A stretch of 64,000 nucleotides of DNA, taken from assembly GCA_963805975.1 (NCBI GenBank), contig CAWDVR010000003.1, positions 832,001-896,000 of the forward strand. Direction: 5' to 3'. The stretch is from an uncultured Acidobacteriota bacterium (GTDB lineage Bacteria; Acidobacteriota; Thermoanaerobaculia; Multivoradales; SZUA-115). The notes below the pieces were generated by a model. It saw only the letters and a program-made list of their open reading frames with translations, was not told the origin of the DNA and searched no databases. Positions 57,162 to 64,000 of the stretch are shown piece by piece (the stretch's first letter is position 1; every line of letters begins with the position of its first letter). Position numbers and translations under genes: made by a program.

Positions 57162-57203
57162 TCTTCTATTCGTCGTTACTTTACGAATCGTAAAGGAGAT
57201 GCT

Positions 57204-57590
57204 ATGGAGCTGAAGCGCGTCGCGTGTCTTCTGTCGATGCTGGCCCTGGTCCTGCTGGCGGCCCCGGTGTTCGCCGAGCCCGCCCTGGAGGTCCCGGCCG
57301 CTCCCGCCCTGCAGGGCTCCCCGCCCCAGGAAGCTGCCCAGGTTTCGCTCGAAGCGCTCCTTGGCCTCGATCCGAAGCCGCTCTACGCCGCCGCCGGCGC
57401 GGGTGGCCGCGGCCGGACGCAGGGCGGCCTCAGCTTCTCGCCGGGCCGCAGCAGCGAAACCTGTGAGTGGTACTGGATCCAGTGCAGCAACGGCGCCTCC
57501 GACTCCTGCTGTGCGGACCTCTGGAACTGCTGGGACTACTGCGAGAGCTTCTGCGGAGGCCCTTGCGTGTACGTCCCGAACGAGACCTGA
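57204..57590 (+). CDS. Secreted prepropeptide with an 8-Cys, Trp/Tyr-rich C-terminal core
   Basis: Signal peptide ending VFA; Pro/Ala pro-region; core CEWYWIQCSNGASDSCCADLWNCWDYCESFCGGPCVYV. Confidence 0.8.
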   Translation: MELKRVACLLSMLALVLLAAPVFAEPALEVPAAPALQGSPPQEAAQVSLEALLGLDPKPLYAAAGAGGRGRTQGGLSFSPGRSSETCEWYWIQCSNGASDSCCADLWNCWDYCESFCGGPCVYVPNET

Positions 57591-57610
57591 GTTTCCCGCA
57601 CAAAGCTCCC

Positions 57611-57646
57611 TTCGTCCTCGGCCTTCTCCCAGAGGCCGAGGACGAA
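57611..57646 (+). terminator. 14-bp stem hairpin between the peptide gene and the eCIS operon
   Basis: ttcgtcctcggcct-N8-aggccgaggacgaa; no U-tract. Confidence 0.5.
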
Positions 57647-57796
57647 CCCGCACCGCCACTGTAACGATTCCTCCCCGGCTCCCGACCAACCTTTCCAGCC
57701 AACGACGAGTGGGCGGCGTGCCGCCGGCGGCGGCCCCGCGCGTCGAGCGCTCGTTCCCCAGCTCCTTGGGCGAACGTCACTAAAAGGGAGCCGACC

Positions 57797-59770
57797 ATGC
57801 CGACTGCCCCCACGTATCCCGGTGTCTACATCGAGGAGGTCCCCAGCGGGGTGCGGACCCTGGTCGGTGTCGCCACCTCGATCGGCGCATTCGTCGACTC
57901 GTTCCGGCGCGGGCCGGTCGACGAGGCGCTGCGCATCACGAGCTACGCCGACTTCGAGCGCGACTTCGGCGGCCTCGAAGCCACCAGCGAGGCGAGCTAC
58001 GCCATCCAGCAGTTCTACTTGAACGGCGGCACCGAGGCGCACGTGGTGCGGGTGGGGACGGCACCGCTCGCCGTCGCGGAAGAGCTGCTGCTGCCGGGCG
58101 ACGCTGCCGAGATGCGCGTTTTCGCCGGGCGTCGCATGCGGGGCGCGGCCGTCGAGGACCCCGGCACCTGGGGCAACTTCCTGCGCCTGGAGGTGGACTA
58201 CGACACCGCCACCCTCCCCAACGCCGGCCTGGACCCGAACGGCACCCTCACCCAGGACGAGCTCTTCAACCTCACGATCTCGGAGGTCGAGCTCCGCGAC
58301 GGCCGCACCTTCGTGCGCCAGAGCGAGACCTTCCGCAATCTGACGCTGCGCCCCGGCGCGCGCACCAACCTGCTGGCGGTGGTCAACGAGGGCTCGAAGC
58401 TGGTGCAGATCGCGCAGACGGGAGCGGGGCCGATCCCCGATCCGCCGCCGCGGCCCGAGGCCACCGGCACGCTCTCCGACGCGCTGGTCCAGCCAGCGTT
58501 CCTCCCCGCGGACGGGACCACGCTGACCTTCGACCTCGATCCGGGCGGTGGCGGCGCCGTGCTGGCGAACCAGGTGGCCACCGTGGACTTTGGCGGTGTC
58601 GCGCCGACCACCTACGTGGGCCTGCGGCCGTTCCTCGAAGCGGCGATCCGCGCCGTCGACCCGAACGACCCGCTGCTCTCGGGCGCCGTGGTGCAGCTCG
58701 CCGGCAACCGCTTCCGGGTGCTGCTGGGCCGGAGCGGGCGCGACTTCCACGCCGACGCCACGATCACCTTCCAGGCCGGCGCCAACGAGGACGGGCTCCT
58801 GCTCTCGGCCGCCGCCACCGTCGGCCCGCAGCAGATCCCGCTCGGCGGCGGCGATGACAGCGGCGCGCTCACCGACGCGGCGCTGCGGGGCGTGCGGGCG
58901 GCGAAGACCGGGCTCTTCGCGCTGGAAGATGCGGACCTCTTCAACATCCTCTGCGTGCCGGCGGCGGCCGAGCTCGCCGCCAACGACATGCGTGCCTTCT
59001 ACACCGCCGCCACCGCCTACTGCGAGGAGCGGCGCTCGTTCCTCATCGTCGACATCCCGCCGACCACCGACGACCTCGACGGCATGGAGACCTGGCTCAC
59101 CGAGAACGCCACTCTCCGCCACCGGAACGCCGCCGTCTACTTCCCGCGCCCGCGGATCGCCGATCCCCTGCAGCAGAACCGGCTGCGCAGCGTGGGCGCG
59201 AGCGGCACCCTGGCCGGCCTCTACGCCGCCACCGACGCCTCGCGCGGCGTGTGGAAGGCACCGGCCGGCACCGAGGCGCGGCTGCGCGGCGTGCAGGACC
59301 TGGACGACGTGCTCACCGACCGCGAGAACGGCGTGCTCAACCCGCTGGGCGTCAACTGCCTGCGCAACTTCCCGGTATTCGGCAACATCGCCTGGGGTGC
59401 GCGCACCCTCGACGGCGCCGACCAGCAGGCCTCGGAGTGGAAGTACATCCCGGTGCGCCGGCTGGCGCTCTACCTCGAAGAGAGCCTCTACCGCGGCACC
59501 AAGTGGGTGGTGTTCGAGCCCAACGACGAGCCGCTGTGGTCGCAGATCCGCCTCAACCTCGGGGCTTTCATGCAGGGCCTCTTCCGCCAGGGCGCCTTCC
59601 AGGGACGGAGCGCCCGCGAGGCCTACTTCGTCAAGTGCGACACCGAGACCACCACCCAGGCCGACATCAACCTCGGCATCGTCAACGTCGTGGTGGGCTT
59701 CGCGCCGCTCAAGCCGGCGGAGTTCGTGATCCTGAAGATCCAGCAGATGGCGGGACAGATCCCCACTTAA
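57797..59770 (+). CDS. Contractile tail sheath protein (eCIS)
   Basis: TYPGVYIEEVPSG, F..NGG, AVYFP, RGVWKAPAG, LNPLGVNCLR, WGARTL, WKYIPVRR, WVVFEPNDE.LW, FAPLKPAEFV. Confidence 0.96.
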   Translation: MPTAPTYPGVYIEEVPSGVRTLVGVATSIGAFVDSFRRGPVDEALRITSYADFERDFGGLEATSEASYAIQQFYLNGGTEAHVVRVGTAPLAVAEELLLPGDAAEMRVFAGRRMRGAAVEDPGTWGNFLRLEVDYDTATLPNAGLDPNGTLTQDELFNLTISEVELRDGRTFVRQSETFRNLTLRPGARTNLLAVVNEGSKLVQIAQTGAGPIPDPPPRPEATGTLSDALVQPAFLPADGTTLTFDLDPGGGGAVLANQVATVDFGGVAPTTYVGLRPFLEAAIRAVDPNDPLLSGAVVQLAGNRFRVLLGRSGRDFHADATITFQAGANEDGLLLSAAATVGPQQIPLGGGDDSGALTDAALRGVRAAKTGLFALEDADLFNILCVPAAAELAANDMRAFYTAATAYCEERRSFLIVDIPPTTDDLDGMETWLTENATLRHRNAAVYFPRPRIADPLQQNRLRSVGASGTLAGLYAATDASRGVWKAPAGTEARLRGVQDLDDVLTDRENGVLNPLGVNCLRNFPVFGNIAWGARTLDGADQQASEWKYIPVRRLALYLEESLYRGTKWVVFEPNDEPLWSQIRLNLGAFMQGLFRQGAFQGRSAREAYFVKCDTETTTQADINLGIVNVVVGFAPLKPAEFVILKIQQMAGQIPT

Positions 59771-59783
59771 GGAGGCGAGCGCC

Positions 59784-60299
59784 ATGGCGCAGTTCACGGT
59801 CAACGCGACCCGATTCGATCCGTACAAGAACTTCAAGTTCCGCGTCAAGTGGGATGGCCGCTACGTCGCCGGGATCAGCAAGGTCGGTGCGCTCAAGCGC
59901 TCGACCGAGGTGGTGGAGCACCGTGAGGGTGGCGACCCCTCGACCAGCCGCAAGTCGCCCGGCCGCACCAAGTACGAGGCGATCACCCTCGAGCGCGGCG
60001 TGACCCACGACCTCGAGTTCGAGAACTGGGCGAACAAGGTGTGGAACTTCGAGGGCGGGGCGGGCCTCGAGTCCTCGCTCGCCGACTTCCGCAAGGACGT
60101 CATCATCGACGTCTTCAACGAGGCGGGGCAGAAGGCGATCTCCTACAAGGTCTACCGCTGCTGGGTGTCGGAGTTCCAGGCCCTGCCGGACCTCGACGCC
60201 AACGCCAACGCTGTCGCCATCCAGACGCTCAAGCTCGAGAACGAGGGTTGGGAGCGCGACGCGGACACTCCGGAGCCGGCGGAGCCGACCTTCCCCTAG
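59784..60299 (+). CDS. Tail tube protein (T4 gp19-like, eCIS)
   Basis: DPYKNFKFRV, EHREGGD, KSPGRTKYEAITLERG, LDANANAVAIQTLKL.NEG. Confidence 0.95.
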   Translation: MAQFTVNATRFDPYKNFKFRVKWDGRYVAGISKVGALKRSTEVVEHREGGDPSTSRKSPGRTKYEAITLERGVTHDLEFENWANKVWNFEGGAGLESSLADFRKDVIIDVFNEAGQKAISYKVYRCWVSEFQALPDLDANANAVAIQTLKLENEGWERDADTPEPAEPTFP

Positions 60300-60302
60300 G
60301 GC

Positions 60303-61157
60303 ATGAGCGTCGAGGTCGCCCTACCCGGTGGGTTCGAGCACGGCGGAAGCTGGCGCCGGCGGGTGGCGCTGCGGCCTCTCTCGGGCCGGGACCAGGCGTT
60401 CCTGGCCGACGAGCTCGCCGGTGCCCGGCCGGCGGCCCGCACCACCGCGCTCCTCGGGCGCTGCGTGACGCTCGATCCGGGCCTGCCGCCGGCGGGCGCA
60501 GAGCTGGTGCGCGCGCTCACCATCGGGGACCGCGAGGCGCTGCTCTTGCACCTGCGCCGGGCGATGCTCGGCGAGCGCCTGTCGGCGGTCGCCACCTGCG
60601 CGGCCTGCGGCGAGAAGCTGGACCTGGACCTCGAGGTCGGGAGCCTGCTGCTGCCGCCCTATCCGCACGAGGGCGCCCTCCACCTGGCCGAGATCGAAGC
60701 GCAGGGCCGACGCTACCGCACGACCTTCCGGCTGCCCACGGGCGCCGACCAGGAATGGGCGGCGCCGTTCGCCGCCGACCGAGGCGAAGGCTGCGGCCCA
60801 GGGCTGCTCGAGCGCTGTGTGCGCTCCGTGGAAGACGAGGCCGGCATTCTTCTCCCGGGCCTGCCGCCCGCCGTGGCAGAGGCGTTGCCGGAGCTCATGG
60901 CCGAGCTCGACCCGCAGGCGGAGATCGAGATCGGCGCCGCCTGCCCGGCCTGCGGTGTGGGCTCGAGCACGCTCTTCGACGCCGGCCAGTACGTGTGCCA
61001 GGAGCTTCTGGAGCAGGGCGACCGCCTGTGGCGCGAGGTCCACCTGCTCGCCTGGCACTATCACTGGAGCGAGCGCGAGATCCTGCGGCTCTCGGCCACC
61101 CAGCGCCGGCGCTACCTTCGCCTGTTGTCCGAGGCACTGGCGGGAGAAGCCGCGTGA
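60303..61157 (+). CDS. eCIS baseplate/tail assembly chaperone-like protein
   Basis: L.IGDREALLL.LRR, CAAC and CPAC, FRLPTGAD, C-terminal EVHLLAWHYHWSEREIL.L. Confidence 0.8.
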   Translation: MSVEVALPGGFEHGGSWRRRVALRPLSGRDQAFLADELAGARPAARTTALLGRCVTLDPGLPPAGAELVRALTIGDREALLLHLRRAMLGERLSAVATCAACGEKLDLDLEVGSLLLPPYPHEGALHLAEIEAQGRRYRTTFRLPTGADQEWAAPFAADRGEGCGPGLLERCVRSVEDEAGILLPGLPPAVAEALPELMAELDPQAEIEIGAACPACGVGSSTLFDAGQYVCQELLEQGDRLWREVHLLAWHYHWSEREILRLSATQRRRYLRLLSEALAGEAA

Positions 61158-61310
61158 GCCGCTTCCTGGAGAACCTCGTGCTCCGCGCCGCGGGCCTGCC
61201 GGCAGAGATCCGGCCGCGGGCGCTGCCGGAGGCGGCCGAGGCGGGGGAGGGGTGGAAGGGTTTGCACGAAACGGCTCGGCCCGAAACGGCTGGCACCTCG
61301 GAGCCGGGCG

Positions 61311-61708
61311 CCCCTCACCCTAGCCCTCTCCCCGCAAGCGGGGCGAGGGGACCGGAAAAGGCAAGCTCTCCGCCTTCTGTGGCTGGGCGGGGACGGGGTG
61401 AGGGCGGCCTGGAAGCCGCGTGCTTCCTCCTCCGCCCCTCACCCTAGCCCTCTCCCCGCAAGCGGGGCGAGGGGACCGGAGAAAAGGCAAGCTCTCCGCC
61501 TTCTGTGGCCGGGCGGAGACGCCCTCTCCCGCTCGCGGGGGAGGGCCGAGGTGAGGGTGGCCTGGAACCGCGTGCTTCCTCCGTCGCCCCTCACCCTAGC
61601 CCTCTCCCCGCAAGCGGGGCGAGGGGACCGGGAAAAGGCAAGCTCTCCGCCTTCTGTGGCTGGTCGGGGGCGCACTCTCCCGCTCGCGGGAGAGGGACGG
61701 GGTGAGGG
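61311..61708. repeat. Three tandem copies of a palindromic CCCCTCACCCTAGCCCTCTCCCCGCAAGCGGGGCGAGGGG element with inverted partners
   Basis: Copies start at about 61311, 61435 and 61587, each followed by aaaaggcaagctctccgccttctgtggc; inverse ctctcccgctcgcggggagaggga.cggggtgaggg ends at about 61708. Confidence 0.9.
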
Positions 61709-61749
61709 GATAGCTCACGAAACCGCGAGCCCACCGACTCGTCCCCCAG

Positions 61750-61848
61750 GTCCTTCGCTTCGCTCAGCACGACAGGTTCGAGCGCTGGAGCCTCCGGGGG
61801 CGGATGCGAAGACCGCCCGCCCTCGTCATCCTGAGCGCAGCGAAGGAC
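61750..61848. repeat. REP-like pair (GTCATCCTGAGCGCAGCGAAGGAC type)
   Basis: gtccttcgcttcgctcagcacgac and cgtcatcctgagcgcagcgaaggac in inverted orientation. Confidence 0.75.
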
Positions 61849-62112
61849 CTGGGCGGGGGAGCGCCAACGAGCACACGCCGGCCCGCCTGCTGCCCGCACC
61901 CGCCCCACTTGTGGAGCTTTCTTCGCCGAAGGCCGCGGCGCCCGCACCACCGCGCATCGAGGTCCACATCGGCCGGGTGGAGCTCCGCGCACCACAGCCC
62001 GTGATCGAACCCGAGCCCGAGCCTGCTTTCTATCGTCCACCGCGCGGCTTCGAAGGCCTGGCCCTGGCGCGGCGTCACCTGGACCGGCGCTGGTACTAGC
62101 GAGGCTTGCGCT

Positions 62113-63348
62113 ATGGCCAACTTCATCGCCCTCGCCGGAGTGAGCCTCACGCTGCGGAACCTGCTCGAGGACCGCATGGAGCAGCCGGTGGACGTCACCA
62201 TCGCGCCGCCGGACGTGCAGGTCTCGGGCTTCACCGAGCGCCGCGTGAACCTCTACCTCTACCAGTTGGCCGAGAACCCGCACTTGAAGAACCAGGAGCT
62301 TCCGGGCCAGGGCCATGCCGGCACCCTCGGCCGGCCGCCGCTGTCGCTCGACCTCAACTATCTGGTGACCGCCTACGGAGCGAGCGAGACCGGTCCGCAT
62401 GCGGACCTCGATGCGCAGCAGATCCTGGGCGACGTGATGCGCGCTTTCCACGAGTTCCCGCTGATCACCCCCGGTCTCCACCGCGGGGACCTGCCGGCCA
62501 ACCCGCAGATCCTCGACGTGTCCCTCTTGGGCGAGCTCGAGCGCATCAAGATCACCCTCCATCCCACCAGCGTCGACGAGCTGTCGAAGATCTGGACGGC
62601 GCTGCCGCAGGCGAGCTTCCGCCGCTCCGTGGCCTACAACGTGTCCGTGGTGCAGATCGACAGCCGCCGGCGCCGCGCCAGCGTGCTGCCGGTGCAGGAG
62701 CGCCGGGTCTACGCCTTCCCGATCGCCATGCCGCGCATCACCGAGGTGCGGCGCGATCCGGCGTTCCACGACGTCGAGGGAGGGATCACGGAGGTTGGGG
62801 ACACGATCCTCGTCCTGGGTGAGAATTTGGGCGCAACGGGCACGCGGGTGCGCATCGGCGAGGTGCTGGTGGCGGTGGCCGCGCCGCAGGCGACCCGCCT
62901 GGAGCTGATCGTGCCGGCCGGCCTGCCCGCCGGTGTGGCGCCGTTGCAGGTGGTGCAGGATCTGCTGCTCGCCGGCGCGCCCGGTGACCCGCCGGTACCG
63001 CACCGGGGAAGCGAGTCGAACACCGTGCCGCTCCTGGTGCTGCCGCGGCTCACCCTGCTCAACCCGGCGGCAGGCAGTGCGGGAGACTTGATCACCGCGA
63101 CGGTCTCGCCGCCGGCCCTCGCCCGCCAGAGGAAGAGCCTGCTGCTCGGCCCGTTCGAGATCCCGGCGCTGCCGGTCGAGCAGGACGAGCCGCCCTCCGC
63201 CACGGTCCAGTTCCGGTTGCCCGCGGCAGCAGCGGCTCTGCCGGCCGGCAACTATCTCGCCCGCGTGCGCATCGATGGTGCCGAGAGCCGCCTCGACTTC
63301 GACACCAACACCATGCAGTTCACCGGCCCGAGCTTCACGGTGATTTGA
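62113..63348 (+). CDS. DUF4255 / Pvc16-Afp16-like tail terminator (cap) protein with Ig-like C-terminal domains
   Basis: ALAGVS.TLRNLL, VNLYLYQ..EN, PPLSLDLNYLVTAY, ELSKIW.A, SVAYNVSVVQI; YL.RVRIDGAES tail. Confidence 0.88.
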   Translation: MANFIALAGVSLTLRNLLEDRMEQPVDVTIAPPDVQVSGFTERRVNLYLYQLAENPHLKNQELPGQGHAGTLGRPPLSLDLNYLVTAYGASETGPHADLDAQQILGDVMRAFHEFPLITPGLHRGDLPANPQILDVSLLGELERIKITLHPTSVDELSKIWTALPQASFRRSVAYNVSVVQIDSRRRRASVLPVQERRVYAFPIAMPRITEVRRDPAFHDVEGGITEVGDTILVLGENLGATGTRVRIGEVLVAVAAPQATRLELIVPAGLPAGVAPLQVVQDLLLAGAPGDPPVPHRGSESNTVPLLVLPRLTLLNPAAGSAGDLITATVSPPALARQRKSLLLGPFEIPALPVEQDEPPSATVQFRLPAAAAALPAGNYLARVRIDGAESRLDFDTNTMQFTGPSFTVI

Positions 63349-63350
63349 CG

Positions 63351-64000
63351 ATGGCCGCAGCCGTCCAGGACGCGATACCCGAGCCCGCGAGCGCGCCGCC
63401 CGCCGCCCAATCCGGGCGCCAATCCTGGCGCGAGGCGAACCTCCGCCTGCTGCTGGGGGAGTGCGAGCGGCTGCGGCTGCTTCTTCGGCGTCGCGTGCTC
63501 TGGCTGCGGCAGCGCTGGTCCGCGGAAGGCGCCGCCGGCTACCAGGGCCTGGCGGTCTCGGACGGCCGGGCGGACGCGCTTCTCCGGGCTGGCGGCGGGG
63601 ACCCGCGCCGCTTCTACCGCGAGGACCGCGAAGCCGCGGCGGTGACCGCCGCGCTCGCCCGGCTCGAAGCCGATCTCGGCCGCGAGCGGCAGGCGCTCGA
63701 GGCTGCCGGCTGGTGGACGGCGCTCGACGCGCTGGCGGCGCGGCTCCGGCTCGGTGCCTTCGAGCGCGACCTGGTGCTGCTCTGCCTGGCTCCGGAGCTC
63801 GAGCCCTCTTTCGGCGAGCTCTACGCCTACGCCGAGGACGACGTGACGCGGAAGTTCCCCACCTTCAACCTGGCGGCGGCGCTCCTGGCGCCGGGCGCCG
63901 AGGAGCGCCTCGCGGCCCGCGAGACGCTGACCCCGGGCTCAGCGCTCCTTCGTTGGCAAGTCCTCATCCTCGAGCCCGGCACGAACCCGGCGCTGCCCCA
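63351..64000 (+). CDS. eCIS AAA+ ATPase (Afp15/Pvc15-like), N-terminal part; truncated by the window end
   Basis: Manual translation gives LGAFERDLVLLCLAPELEPSFGELYAY..DD...FPTF.LA...L.P...LLRW; follows the DUF4255 gene. Confidence 0.8.
   Translation, partial: MAAAVQDAIPEPASAPPAAQSGRQSWREANLRLLLGECERLRLLLRRRVLWLRQRWSAEGAAGYQGLAVSDGRADALLRAGGGDPRRFYREDREAAAVTAALARLEADLGRERQALEAAGWWTALDALAARLRLGAFERDLVLLCLAPELEPSFGELYAYAEDDVTRKFPTFNLAAALLAPGAEERLAARETLTPGSALLRWQVLILEPGTNPALP

Larger units (their letters stand above)
61154..62099 (+). pseudogene. eCIS accessory gene (IEVHIGRVEL motif) interrupted by palindromic repeats and frameshifts
   Basis: GTGA-coupled start SRFLENLVLRAAG; C-terminal PRIEVHIGRVELRA lies in another frame; repeats lie between. 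Confidence 0.6.

Noticed and set aside
46245-57590. Cys-rich peptides as RiPP precursors (ranthipeptide, lanthipeptide)
   Set aside because: They have Sec-type signals and even Cys counts, and no radical SAM, LanM, YcaO or peptidase-ABC genes are nearby; disulfide peptides are more likely.
57661-57686. GTAAC-N17-CGAC as an ECF promoter for the eCIS operon
   Set aside because: Plausible but too short and degenerate to support without TSS data.
61311-61708. Possible CRISPR array
   Set aside because: Units are about 73 bp or longer, the intervening sequences are related to each other rather than unique spacers, and no cas genes are present. It fits a palindromic repeat family.
57797-64000. Prophage tail cluster or T6SS
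   Set aside because: No capsid, terminase, integrase or TssJLM/ClpV genes are visible. A single-gene sheath, gp19 tube, DUF4255 and AAA ATPase indicate eCIS.

Overview
Very GC-rich bacterial window, most consistent with Acidobacteriota (Thermoanaerobaculia-like); this rests on inference from the ADOP permease, S55 peptidase plus beta-propeller pair, Vps10/BNR hydrolase and FxDGFETG-tailed secreted proteins. Bases 1-40.4 kb are mostly backbone: a heavy-metal P-type ATPase, S9 peptidase, recN-tsaC-S55-propeller-coaD-add operon, orphan hicB, M28-DinB-EamA-GH47 cluster, SWIM-SNF2 helicase, Zn-finger PP2C phosphatase, fasciclin, NCS2 permease, a sugar kinase/nucleotidyltransferase pair and a histone H1-like protein. 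This stretch also holds an uncharacterised operon in which a membrane polyferredoxin-TPR protein is followed by two tandem secreted Cys/His-rich paralogs. A tRNA-His with an atypical U72/A73 acceptor end (40470-40546) is followed by a serine-recombinase remnant and a decayed mosaic accessory region (about 40.5-57.6 kb). That region contains gene fragments, sigma-54 promoters on stress genes, a DUF3604-PPIase-HupE trio and Cys-rich secreted prepropeptides, two of them beside the same unknown partner gene. From 57.8 kb an extracellular contractile injection system (eCIS) operon begins and runs off the window end; one of its genes is invaded by palindromic repeats. All calls are from motif recognition by eye, with no database searches.
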